This document shows, one piece after another, positions 10,333 to 20,600 of a stretch of DNA of 64,000 bases. Source of the stretch: a virus; the IMG/VR virus record IMGVR_UViG_3300028392_000030, positions 96,001 to 160,000 of that record. One strand, given 5' to 3'. Under the pieces are notes generated by a model. That model worked only from the letters and a program-made list of their open reading frames with translations, was not told where the DNA came from and made no database searches. Positions within the stretch are counted from its first letter, which is position 1; every line of letters starts with the position of its first letter. A program made the position numbers and the translations under genes.

Positions 10333-11015
10333 GACACAAACTCACTTGCCAAGTCGACAATAGGAGCATTCGGACCAACGTCGTTGAACATGTTCCAGGC
10401 AAACTCAAAGTTGGCATTTTTAATATAAAAGTTTTGCATGTGTTTTTGATAATGAATTGTATACACTTCTTTAGCTTCTTGTAAAAATTTTATTTTTAGA
10501 TAATCTTCGATTAATTTAAAATTGTCAATTACAGACTTAAAATCTAAACACAATACATTACAGTGCTGATTATTTCTACCAGACTCAGTATAATAGTTTA
10601 GGTTATAATCAATCCAATCCCATGCCGATAAAATACTAGCAATTGAAATTTCTGTTGTGTTTGTATTATTTACTAACCATTGTCTTTGTATTCCATAATA
10701 TTCATCGGCAGGATTACAATCTAACATGATACATTGACTATCAGGAAATTTATATGAGATTAATTCCGAGTTTAAACAATGCAATTGTATAATGTCGCTT
10801 GGCGTTATTTCTTTTGTGAACTTAATGGGATTATTTTTAGTTATTGTGCAATCGATACTCTCCAGTGGCCAATTGACCACATGAAACGTATTGTTTTTTG
10901 GCAATTTGACACGACCGGTCCTCGACGACTCAATCGCTGACGCTAAAGCGTTTCCGAATGTTCCTCCGAGATAAGATAATACAATACTTCCAGGAAAACT
11001 GTAAAACATTACCAA
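10329..11015 (-). CDS. Hypothetical protein, possible divergent P-loop/sulfotransferase fold
   Basis: ORF track; strand-then-Gly loop VLSYLGGTFGN; ATGA coupling. Confidence 0.5.
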   Translation of the reverse strand: MVMFYSFPGSIVLSYLGGTFGNALASAIESSRTGRVKLPKNNTFHVVNWPLESIDCTITKNNPIKFTKEITPSDIIQLHCLNSELISYKFPDSQCIMLDCNPADEYYGIQRQWLVNNTNTTEISIASILSAWDWIDYNLNYYTESGRNNQHCNVLCLDFKSVIDNFKLIEDYLKIKFLQEAKEVYTIHYQKHMQNFYIKNANFEFAWNMFNDVGPNAPIVDLASEFVS

Positions 11016-11941
11016 CCTTCTTGCTGTCTGATTACATCCATTTCGCGGGTCATGACTCCGCGATTGTGCCAGTTACTACGATAGTGTTGTTTGAAAAATG
11101 CACTTTCGTTTTCTTGCATCATATTAACGGGCAGGTCTAATTGTGCGATCAGGTCTTCTGCAACACGGCCGGCTAACAGCTCTGGATCTGAATCTTTTAC
11201 TGTGTTCCAGAGTTGTTCTAGTTCAGCAAAGTCTTGCACCACACGATGATCCCATGTGGGAGTAATCATGGTCATGTAGGTGCCCATACGGCTGCCGGCT
11301 ATGGCCCAGATACCGTGTTCAACATCGCGGCCAACGTTATGCCATATGGTCAAGTGATCAAGGTTGCGTTGATGCACACGGTCACGGAATTCACTCACAG
11401 TGGGTCTAGTGCCACGATTCAAACACATCTTGACTCCTTCTCGGAATCCGGCACGCCAGGCATGGAATGCTGACCCATTGGGGTATGTGGTTGAATAGCA
11501 GTCATACATGGGCCAATATAAGGGATCAAAACAAAACTCCACTTCGGTTTCTGCTGAGCCGTTGGTGGCTTCGTGCGTTTTCATATTGTTTACAAATGCA
11601 CGAGTCCAGCTACTAAGTCCTCCGTTGCCATACATCAAGCCATTGACATGATTACGTGCTCGCCAGCGGAATACGGCATTTTCCCATTCACTGTCAGGAA
11701 ACTGCATTGTGAGGTTAAAGAATTTTGCATCTGGCATATTGTCGCCGTCGATTAGGATAAAGCGTTCAGTGTCACTGGCAGCAGCTGCGGCCTTGTGTGC
11801 GGCGTCCGACCCTTTAACTCCGTCTACTCGTTTGGCCCAAGGAATCATATTGCGTATCTTTACCCAAAATTCTTCCTTTTGCGGTTCGTCATATGTCAAG
11901 TAAATGCAGTCTAAATCTGCTATATCAATTTGTTTGGTCAT
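11009..11941 (-). CDS. Putative GT-A fold glycosyltransferase
   Basis: DCIYLTYDEP N-terminus, FILIDGD (DxD), YGNGG. Confidence 0.6.
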   Translation of the reverse strand: MTKQIDIADLDCIYLTYDEPQKEEFWVKIRNMIPWAKRVDGVKGSDAAHKAAAAASDTERFILIDGDNMPDAKFFNLTMQFPDSEWENAVFRWRARNHVNGLMYGNGGLSSWTRAFVNNMKTHEATNGSAETEVEFCFDPLYWPMYDCYSTTYPNGSAFHAWRAGFREGVKMCLNRGTRPTVSEFRDRVHQRNLDHLTIWHNVGRDVEHGIWAIAGSRMGTYMTMITPTWDHRVVQDFAELEQLWNTVKDSDPELLAGRVAEDLIAQLDLPVNMMQENESAFFKQHYRSNWHNRGVMTREMDVIRQQEGW

Positions 11942-12296
11942 GTGGTGGGTCCTGATGTTTTAAACTCCATTTGGTGTGCGGCTGATCCGTGTCCACTACT
12001 ACACAAACATTCCTAGGATCGCAGGCCTGTCCGTATCCCACAGGCACTATTTTTTTGGCAAAATTGGTTTGATATACTACCAATTTTCCATTCAATACTC
12101 TGATGTGTTTAGGACTGTTAAGGTATGTTTCTTGATCAACAACTATGTAATTACCAGGCAACTGCTCCATACTGAAAAATAACGGAAATCCGTTTTCATC
12201 ATAGTATAATCGATACTCCGGAGCACCGTGAACAGCAGACACTTGGCTTTGCCATATACTGAAAAATTCCTCTTCAGTCATTGGGGTTGTCATCAT
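11925..12296 (-). CDS. Hypothetical protein
   Basis: ORF track; fits operon tiling. Confidence 0.6.
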   Translation of the reverse strand: MMTTPMTEEEFFSIWQSQVSAVHGAPEYRLYYDENGFPLFFSMEQLPGNYIVVDQETYLNSPKHIRVLNGKLVVYQTNFAKKIVPVGYGQACDPRNVCVVVDTDQPHTKWSLKHQDPPHDQTN

Positions 12297-12549
12297 CGAC
12301 CTTTTGATTGTTACGTTTTTCTTGAATAGTTAACTTATCTTTATGTGTCTTACGAGGGTTTCCACATAGGTAACATTCAGGATTACCACAATCCATTGCG
12401 TGATGTTTGGCCAGACGGTGTGGTTCTGCTACTATAGGATCGTTTTTTGTGAGTCCGTGTGCCTTGGCTATTTTAATTTGTTTTTTTATAGCGTTTTCAT
12501 CTTTTAATAACCGTTTGCTATGTTTGATTTTATCTTCGTCTCGGCTCAT
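12274..12549 (-). CDS. Small basic protein with Cys/His motif
   Basis: HHAMDCGNPECYLCGNPRK; start revised to MSRDE at 12549. Confidence 0.6.
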   Translation of the reverse strand: MSRDEDKIKHSKRLLKDENAIKKQIKIAKAHGLTKNDPIVAEPHRLAKHHAMDCGNPECYLCGNPRKTHKDKLTIQEKRNNQKVDDDNPND

Positions 12550-13319
12550 GCTATCCTCCAATCCTTAATGTAATAATGGACAAATCCTGATTGTGCTACA
12601 GTATGTATCCTAAGCCCTGGATCAGTTGCTTCCCAAACTAGTTCTTGAGTCCAATCTTCTGTTAGAGTAGGTATAATATATCTTTTCATATGAGTAATCA
12701 TGGGGCCCATTCCTTTGGGTAGCGTAACGTTTTCTACGCCAATGATCGTTGCAGCCATGGCATAGACCACATCTGTTGTTGCCTGCTCGTCTGGAAATTT
12801 TAGTAAGGTTTTAAACAGATTCCAATTTTCAAATATGTTTCTTACTAAATCAAAAAACTCTTTGGCACGGGCACTGAGTCTCCAATATGTAACAGCGTTA
12901 TACACATCTGGTAAAGCATTGACATCAAATAGTTTACGATAGGTTCTATTATCACTGGGCTGATTGGTTAAATCTTTACATCCTTGACTAATCACAACAT
13001 CACGTTTTTCAAACAAGGTCCACCAATGGTCTATAGGCGTGGCCACCAACATATCAGCTTCTAATTTAATAGTTTGCCTATATGGACTAGCGGCAAAACA
13101 TTGCCAGTCGTTGGCAAAGCCACCTAGGTCACCATGTGGCAAAGGAACTACATGATCAAACACTGGATCGTCGCATCGCTTGACTGTAATCACAGCAATA
13201 TTGGCATCAGGATGCCACTGGCGAATTGACCCGGCAAGTTGTCGAGCACAAGCCAAATAGTCCACTGATTCTGTATCAATGGCCGGTATCAGATAACCGC
13301 GTTCAGCAAGGATTGGCAA
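12546..13319 (-). CDS. Putative GT8-like glycosyltransferase
   Basis: RGYLIPA...DYLACARQLA..SI, IKLEADML (E/DxD), TTDVVYAMA. Confidence 0.6.
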   Translation of the reverse strand: MPILAERGYLIPAIDTESVDYLACARQLAGSIRQWHPDANIAVITVKRCDDPVFDHVVPLPHGDLGGFANDWQCFAASPYRQTIKLEADMLVATPIDHWWTLFEKRDVVISQGCKDLTNQPSDNRTYRKLFDVNALPDVYNAVTYWRLSARAKEFFDLVRNIFENWNLFKTLLKFPDEQATTDVVYAMAATIIGVENVTLPKGMGPMITHMKRYIIPTLTEDWTQELVWEATDPGLRIHTVAQSGFVHYYIKDWRIA

Positions 13320-14112
13320 CTATTGCTCCTAATGCTTGTTTGCCCATGGCATGAAAGTCTTGCTGTTTTAACACAATCCATCTAGGTTTATCGTCGCCAG
13401 TGATATATTGTATTTTATATGTGTCTGGTCCAAGCTGAGTCAACGTAGCGTTGGCCGTAATACTGGCCAAATTCCATGGAATAGATGGTGTGCTTAATGT
13501 ATGACCGTCAACAATATTCATAGCAATACTTAATGCAAAATCATTACGGAATGTATTTTCACTCACACTGTATAATTGTCTGTAATGTGTCCAATTATCT
13601 CTAATCATTTGCATGGTATCAAATATCATTTGGGCTTTTTTACTTCGACGAAAACACATGACTGTGGCCCAACTCATTGGCATCTTGTATGTGCCAAACC
13701 AATTGTTATCGTGAAACGCAGTAAACCCAGTGACATCATATGCTATACGATGTGCAATAAAATCTTGATTAATATCAAATAATCTTTTTAACTGATCGGA
13801 TGCAACAACAAAGTCAGCGTCTAGCACCAATGTATGATCCCATGGGCTTAGGTCATGCACACTGGATCTATTTGTATTATGCCAAGTGGCACTGACTTTA
13901 TAATCGTAAAAATATCTATGTTGCTGTGTCAGTTGAGGTTCGGTTAAAACAACCTGGTCAAAATCAGCGGTGCGGGCAGTATCTGTTACGTCGGTAATTA
14001 CGCAAACTGGCAAATCTAAATGCCTGCGAATATTACTAGCTGACCAAGCGGCCATGGCCAGATAATCAATCCGCTCATTATTAAACGCAAATATTGTTAC
14101 ACCACGAGTCAT
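13303..14112 (-). CDS. Putative GT8-like glycosyltransferase (paralogue of 12546..13319)
   Basis: RGVTIFA...DYLAMA, LVLDADFVV (DxD), RNDFALSIA. Confidence 0.65.
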   Translation of the reverse strand: MTRGVTIFAFNNERIDYLAMAAWSASNIRRHLDLPVCVITDVTDTARTADFDQVVLTEPQLTQQHRYFYDYKVSATWHNTNRSSVHDLSPWDHTLVLDADFVVASDQLKRLFDINQDFIAHRIAYDVTGFTAFHDNNWFGTYKMPMSWATVMCFRRSKKAQMIFDTMQMIRDNWTHYRQLYSVSENTFRNDFALSIAMNIVDGHTLSTPSIPWNLASITANATLTQLGPDTYKIQYITGDDKPRWIVLKQQDFHAMGKQALGAIVANPC

Positions 14113-14414
14113 CTTTTTTGATTCAACTCTTCATATTCTACTAACCAAGCATTCATCTGTTCTTGCCAGCGTTGTTGACTTAATGTCATTAGTTCTCTAG
14201 TATCAACTTTAACAGGGGTTTCATATAAGTCTAGCAATACTGCTTCTATGCCAGGGCAGGTCAATAATGTATTTTGTAATTCTGGTCCTGCTCGCCACAT
14301 GCCACCAGCATAAGTAAAAGTTAATTTGGCTTGATATTTTTCTTTGAGGGTAATGCGAGCTTGGTGATGGTCAAAGCGAGCACGGCTGTGGGAAATAAGT
14401 TCATCGGTATTCAT
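14109..14414 (-). CDS. Hypothetical protein, first gene of accessory operon
   Basis: ORF track; directly downstream of a predicted promoter. Confidence 0.65.
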   Translation of the reverse strand: MNTDELISHSRARFDHHQARITLKEKYQAKLTFTYAGGMWRAGPELQNTLLTCPGIEAVLLDLYETPVKVDTRELMTLSQQRWQEQMNAWLVEYEELNQKR

Positions 14415-14420
14415 AGATTT

Positions 14421-14449
14421 ATTATACTACAAAAAGCAGATAAGGTAAA
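14421..14449 (-). promoter_or_regulatory. Sigma70-type promoter for accessory operon
   Basis: - strand TTTACC-17 nt-TATAAT, then 6 nt to ATG 14414. Confidence 0.55.
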
Positions 14450-14466
14450 GGGGCCAACGCCCCTTT
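14447..14466 (-). terminator. Intrinsic terminator-like hairpin after tail genes
   Basis: aaaggggc-caac-gccccttt 8-bp stem flanked by A/T runs. Confidence 0.6.
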
Positions 14467-14488
14467 TGGTAAGACTGAATGTTGTTAA

Positions 14489-15466
14489 TTAATATCCAGG
14501 TGAGCTTACGCTACTAGCAACGGTAGGTGTGCCCCAAGTATTGGTTAGATAAGTTGATTCTGGTGGGAAGTACGTGACTACTGTAGTTGGTGCTGTTCCA
14601 AATGTAATGCCCGTTGTAGCAGTTCCTCCACTGATGTAGCGACTTGATCCAGACGTGGCACGAGCCGCAGAGAACCAAGTGGTGACCAAGGTCAACACAG
14701 TGCTTGATGTTTTTGTTGCTGTGACCTGGACATAGTCACCGGTATAGGTATATCCAGTATCAAATTGTTGATAAATGGTTGTTGGGCTACCGGTTAATTG
14801 ATTCCAACCTGTGCCTGTTGCTACTGTGGTTGGTGTGCCTGACCCGCCGACTACCTTAGTGCCTAAATATGTAACGTTGGCAATAACTTTACTACTAGCA
14901 TCAGATGTAAAATACACCGTGCCACATACAGTGTTAATAAAGTTGTTCCAGTCTGGGTCTGCGTCTGATCCGGTGCTGGTTTTGCTAAATTGGATTTTCA
15001 TGTAACCACCACCACCCCAGAAGTTTGTGGCTGCAGTGGCATTAGGGAAAGTCACAGTGTCAGTGAATGTAATTGTCCAGGCAGTATTGGTATGTCCAGT
15101 TGCGCCAGTTTGGCTAGCTGTTCCAGTCCAACCTGTGTATTGTGAACCGCTAGCATAAGCATAATAACGATTGGTATAGCACGAAGTAATATCTGTGTTA
15201 AGATTACTTAAAATAGCGATGGTATTACCAGCACTGGGACTGGTACGGCTGGTAAGAGCAGTGGCTTGATGATTACCCAAGCTGGTCAAGGTATTATTCA
15301 GTGAGGCCCACTGTGTGGCAGTAACTGTGCCGCCTGTAGACACAGTTGACAATGCAGTTTGTCCGTATGTGCTACTCCAAGTGGCATTGATATTAGCGCC
15401 TACTGTTGTGCTAACAAACCCGTTGTAGTCTGTTGCCTGTATTAATCCACCTACTGAATAAGTCAT
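14489..15466 (-). CDS. Thr/Ser-rich virion structural (tail fibre-associated) protein
   Basis: MTYSVGGLIQATDYN N-terminus, very T/S/G-rich, tail module context. Confidence 0.6.
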   Translation of the reverse strand: MTYSVGGLIQATDYNGFVSTTVGANINATWSSTYGQTALSTVSTGGTVTATQWASLNNTLTSLGNHQATALTSRTSPSAGNTIAILSNLNTDITSCYTNRYYAYASGSQYTGWTGTASQTGATGHTNTAWTITFTDTVTFPNATAATNFWGGGGYMKIQFSKTSTGSDADPDWNNFINTVCGTVYFTSDASSKVIANVTYLGTKVVGGSGTPTTVATGTGWNQLTGSPTTIYQQFDTGYTYTGDYVQVTATKTSSTVLTLVTTWFSAARATSGSSRYISGGTATTGITFGTAPTTVVTYFPPESTYLTNTWGTPTVASSVSSPGY

Positions 15467-15555
15467 TTTATTTTGTTTCCCTTTGTATTAGTTGATCAAT
15501 TTCAACGCAATTATTGTCAATAATCGCTGGGTGATTTTAATCCTGTCGTGCATAT

Positions 15556-16845
15556 TTATTTAATTGTAACAATAGCTTCGACGTAGGCTTCGCCTTCGTC
15601 TATTTTGTCTCGTAACGCACGGCCAATCACGTTGAATGCAGTGGCTTCACCGGACTTTGCTGCTCTGGCCAGGCCGTTACCTGCACTCACTAGTCTATCG
15701 CCTTTACGCACTTGACCAATGGTCCTAACAGGAACTCGTCCAGTCATTGCTACTGGAGGATGTGTGGCATTTGTTCCGGCAGCACCATTCATCATATATG
15801 CCGCTCTGGTACTTATGACTCCAAACACATTTTCGCTTAGATCCGAGTCGACTTGTGTGATTTCTGCTGAGCCGCCCAGTTCGACCACTGTGCCTGGACT
15901 CAATTCTGTATCTGACGCAAACCGTTCTGCCAAGTCAGCATAATTGGCATTGATTCCAGTTGCGCTACTAACAATTCCACTGGCGCCACTGATAGTCAAC
16001 ACTGTGGTAGGTGTTCCGGCAATGTTCGCGCCAAAGTTGATGTTGCCATTGGTGTCATTATTGCTGATGTTTATATCGGATCCTGCGACTGCAACAGTAA
16101 AGTCACCGTTTGATCCTACTGATAATCCTTGGTTGTTGGTGGTAGTTATTTTACCAGTGGTAGTTGCGGCAGCATCTGCTCGCATAAAGCTAGTGGCAGC
16201 AAGGCTAGAAGGTCCTAGAGTATCAGCATTGGTAATTGAGCCTTGGAATACGTAGGCCGCGCTGACTGTGCTGAGTTGTAAGCCAGGTTTAATGGTAGCA
16301 AATCCAGCGATAGCAGGACTAGGAGTAAATGCAGTGGTGTCTTTGCTCATGATACCCATCAAAACACCGCCAACATAAAGTTGTAAAATAGTATGTGCAA
16401 CAGCACTGTTATCTGTTACTGTGGCAGGAATAGCACCAGTAGTGCCTTGTGCATTGGTGAAAGCCGGACCGACCAAGATCCATGTTGTACCAGAATAAAC
16501 ATTTAATTGTTGGTTAGTGGTATCATACCACAAGTCGCCTTGGACATTTGAACTAGGTGCAGAAGCACTGGATGTTGCTGAACTGATTGTTTTCCAAACT
16601 GTGCCGTTCCACACACTCATTATTTTGTTCGTACTATTCCACCACAACTGACCAATCAATGGTGTTGTTGGCGCTGTGCTGTTGGAACTGTTTTCTAATA
16701 GATGGACAAAATTGTCATCTAAATATATGCCATAACCGGCGTAGTTTTTACCCGGTAAAGCCATGCTACAAGCGGTAGTATTAAGAGTACCATCTGCAAT
16801 GGTGGTTAATACTGATCCATTTGTTAAGTTAATTATGTATGACAT
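15556..16845 (-). CDS. Tail fibre protein with C-terminal autoprocessing chaperone-like domain
   Basis: GQLWWN/GDLWYD repeats; C-terminal NYADLAERF...PVAMTGRVPV...KGDRLVS. Confidence 0.7.
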   Translation of the reverse strand: MSYIINLTNGSVLTTIADGTLNTTACSMALPGKNYAGYGIYLDDNFVHLLENSSNSTAPTTPLIGQLWWNSTNKIMSVWNGTVWKTISSATSSASAPSSNVQGDLWYDTTNQQLNVYSGTTWILVGPAFTNAQGTTGAIPATVTDNSAVAHTILQLYVGGVLMGIMSKDTTAFTPSPAIAGFATIKPGLQLSTVSAAYVFQGSITNADTLGPSSLAATSFMRADAAATTTGKITTTNNQGLSVGSNGDFTVAVAGSDINISNNDTNGNINFGANIAGTPTTVLTISGASGIVSSATGINANYADLAERFASDTELSPGTVVELGGSAEITQVDSDLSENVFGVISTRAAYMMNGAAGTNATHPPVAMTGRVPVRTIGQVRKGDRLVSAGNGLARAAKSGEATAFNVIGRALRDKIDEGEAYVEAIVTIK

Positions 16846-16896
16846 TCTTGTTCACTCCGTCCTATTCTTATTTATGCGACCTTAATATACTCATAT

Positions 16897-17514
16897 TTAT
16901 GCAGCACTTAGGTTAGTAAGTGTCTGAATACGTAGGGTATATTCAATTTGAATCTGGCGATTTAAACTCTTTTGCACAGGATGAAAAATCACATGAGTAA
17001 TCAACATTAAATCAGTTGCACTACCGGCCCAACTCTTGAGTCCCAGCTCATCAAATACGTATTCGCCATTAAAATTCGTACTGTTGTCAAATGCTTGTTG
17101 TCCAGCAGGTTCGCCGTAATCTAACAAACAAGTCACTAAAATATCTGTATAGGGCATGCCAGTGGTATGAATTACTGTCATATAGTTGTTTGCAGGATCT
17201 ACATCTGCTGCGCTGTTGTCGTCTACAACTTTGGCATAAGTTTCGTTATATAAGTCGGCATTTTGGCCAGTTATGTTGGGCGGCAAATATGTAATTACGC
17301 CAGTTGGATCCACGCTTGATCCACCATTGCCAAATGCCATTTCGTAAATCCAGCCGCCACCTTGGGCACTGGTGCGGTTGCTCAAAGTCTGAGCCATTGC
17401 AATACTGATATTCTCGTAATGAATTGCGTTCTTTTTATCTACTAGAACTTCGCCGGAGTTAGGGTCAGTTATTTTGACAAAACCTTCAATTTTGGCCAGG
17501 CCTGGTTGAATCAT
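16897..17514 (-). CDS. Conserved virion/baseplate structural protein
   Basis: KKNAIHYEN, MAFGNGG, FDELGL, THVIFHPVQKSLNR; structural operon context. Confidence 0.6.
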   Translation of the reverse strand: MIQPGLAKIEGFVKITDPNSGEVLVDKKNAIHYENISIAMAQTLSNRTSAQGGGWIYEMAFGNGGSSVDPTGVITYLPPNITGQNADLYNETYAKVVDDNSAADVDPANNYMTVIHTTGMPYTDILVTCLLDYGEPAGQQAFDNSTNFNGEYVFDELGLKSWAGSATDLMLITHVIFHPVQKSLNRQIQIEYTLRIQTLTNLSAA

Positions 17515-17660
17515 GCTCGTTTCTCCACAAATGTCTCTTTGGTTTTAGGATCAAATATTTTTACAAACCCTTCGACTGATATGGCACTGGTTTCGTTGGG
17601 CCGTTTGGGCTTAGTAGCCGTCGGCTTTTGTTGTGCGGATTGTTGGGTATTTTTTTCCAT
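17511..17660 (-). CDS. 49-aa small protein not in ORF track (MEKNTQQSAQQKPTATKPKRPNETSAISVEGFVKIFDPKTKETFVEKRA)
   Basis: Hand-translated; TAAATA 6 nt upstream; its TGA overlaps the ATG of 16897..17514; its C-terminus resembles the neighbour's N-terminus. Confidence 0.75.
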   Translation of the reverse strand: MEKNTQQSAQQKPTATKPKRPNETSAISVEGFVKIFDPKTKETFVEKRA

Positions 17661-17679
17661 GTATATTATTTACCTTGAA

Positions 17680-20600
17680 TTATCGTCCCTGTAAAAACCT
17701 TGCACATATAGTGTCAGTTTCATTGAGTGGCAAGTCTGGTGTTGCTAAATTATACCAAGTGTGTGCTCGTTTAACTAAAATAGCTACCTCGTAACCAGTA
17801 GGTGGTGCTGTGTTAAACTCCACAGTAACAGGATTATCAGCAGTGATCGTGTAGTCAGTATCAGGAATTCTGGTTCCACCTATGTATACTTCTACTGACT
17901 CATCACGTGTTGCACTGGGCTCTTGACTGATGTCAATGTCAGCGGTAAATTCAACAGTTGTTCCGTCACCTAGGTTTACACCAGACTCTAGCGGGTTGGT
18001 TATGTTTGATACAATATAATTCTGGCAAGTAAGTGGCATTAAGTTTTCACGTCCCATGTTGTAAACCGCTGTGCCCGCTGTATGGATAGTGATTGCTGTT
18101 CCTGCTGTTCCGCGTAATAATCCGCTGACTGTGTTGGCCACAGTGTCTCTATGACGATACATGATCCGTTCACCGTTGATGGTAAGAATTCCCCAGATGT
18201 TTGCAGCTCCGTCAGTTACGATCCAGTAATCAGTGTCGGTTGGCAAGTGGCCAACAGTAGGCTCAATGGCTTGGTAAAAACCATCACCATACATGACCAC
18301 ATCACCAACGACATAAGAAATGTTATTGTTGTAAGCTGTGGCAAGATTTGGGTCGCCCAATGCGGTTGCATCCTCTACATAGATAATGTCATCAAGAACT
18401 GCAACTGATTGAACTAAAGTGGTCGTAGTGCTGGGTGTTATTCTGTAGGTGGCTTGAACTTGACGCATGTCTTGGAATATGCGGAAAGCAGTTGGATTTG
18501 GTACTACCCTATTGGTAAACAGTGTAATGGCCAGCACATCTGTTGATATAATAGTCTGTCCTGAAATAGTTATACTAGTGCCGTTCAGTATGTAGTCGAT
18601 TCCGTTGAACAAGTAGTAACCATTTAGTGTCACTAACATTCGTGCTGGGTTGGTAATTTCACGTCCGATATCAAATGTATTATTGTTGATTGAGCCAGGG
18701 CCTACAAATACTTCGGTCAACAGGTCTTGTTCAGCAGTGTCGTTCCAAGTTATTATGTCAATACTGTCACCATCAGCTGGTATGCTGCCAGGTAAGAATG
18801 TTAACGAATTGTTGTATACTCGATATCCACAATCAGTTGCAACTGACAATAATATTTTAGATCCAGTTACTGGAGCAGTAGTAAATGTTATGGTTCTGTA
18901 ATTAGAGATCCCATCGTACGCATCAACAACATAATCTGTATCTTGAATTAATTTAATATTATCAACAAATACGAGTACGTCGTTATCAGACACTAGTGCA
19001 GGATTGTATCCATAGCTGTTGGGCAACTGATATACATCTGTAACTCCGTCGCCTAGGTATTCACTGCCTTGATAAGGGTTCATTCTATTGCCGTTAAACG
19101 ATACAACAAGATTAACTTGATTGGTTCCTTGCATACTGTTGATCAAATCAACAGTGGTAGTATTGCCATCGGATATAAAACTTTGATCCACGGGCAGGCT
19201 CCAACTATGAGTTATACCATCAACGGCATACCCAAGCACAGCCAAGTTAATACGAGCTGTATTATCGTATGTAGTAGCAAACGTGATAGTAGTTGACCCA
19301 CCACTGCTGGTAACAGTATAATCAGTTCCTACAATCAATTGATTCTCGCCGTTGTAAATCAATATCCCAGGGTAAGTCATAACGTCATTGACTATAGTTG
19401 TATAGATGACGGCACCTTTTGATATCAATGTCCATCCAACTAAATTAACTGGAAGATTACCAGTGGTCACTGCGGTAGCACGATAAAAATCATCACCATA
19501 AGAAACCACATCACCTTGAACGTATGTTGTGGCAATATTGTAAGCAGATGCCACTGCAAACGGCACTGTCACTTCATCAAGCATCTCTTGATTATATGTG
19601 TTGAGGTACAGTTGGTTGCCACCGCCAACTCCGGTCACATAAAGATCTATAATATCACCGTCAGTTTCAGTTAGGCCTAGTGTGACTTCATAGTTGACCC
19701 AATCAAAATTAACTGGTTGAATGGCCAAGCCCAGCGTTGTGTTAAACACAACAACTGTAAATGGGTACTCTAATAATCCAGCAAAGCTCGATACAGGGGC
19801 TGCTGAATTGTATACATATCTCTGAGAAACGGCTGGGAACCCGTGTCCAAGACCAGTGTTATCAAATCCTGGAGCGGTGTAAACACGGAAATCTAAAGTG
19901 TCAAACTCACTGCCCGGAACCAACTCTTCTGGTGCGTAACTGCTGAATACATCAATGTATCCACCACCATCGACATTGATATCAGTGGGTCTAGTTCCTA
20001 AGAATACGTCATCAAACGAACTTGAATAGGCAGCATCTAACAGGGCAGGATCATAGGTTGGAAAACCTTCTGGGCTAATGCTGATATTATCAAAAGGATT
20101 GATATCATAATTGCCCACATCATATCCAGTGTTGTATGAAAAGTCCAAGGCATACACTTGAACACCTGGGTAGTTAAGACCATCTATTAACAATGGCAAA
20201 CTACGACCAGGCTGGTTAACTGTGGGCAGATAAAAACCTTGTGTTCGGTCGATACCACTCAACGTGCTGGCCGACACTCTGTTCCATTCTTCAATGATAA
20301 ATGGGTTGTAGAAATTCACAGGTTCCAAGTTGATCGACTGTAATACTGCACGACTAATTGTTACAACGTTGTCAACATCGTTGATTAAAGTAACAGTTGT
20401 GTCTGCTGGTATTCCAAGGCCGGTTACGATCATACCTGTGGTCAATCCTGTAGTCGACGGCACAGTTAATGTGTATGCTACGGCCGTTCCTATTGAATCA
20501 AGCACAATTGGTGTATTAGTTACTGTATCAATTGCTTGCCACACAGTATTTGCAAATCGAACTTGAGTGTTGGCAGGATAACTAGCTACCAAATAGTCCC

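Noticed and set aside
1-14414. Bacterial LPS/capsule locus or eukaryotic giant-virus origin
   Set aside because: Contiguous with T4-like structural genes, no exporter/flippase/polymerase genes, prokaryotic operon coupling, and T4-type gp20-23/gp55 in the same window
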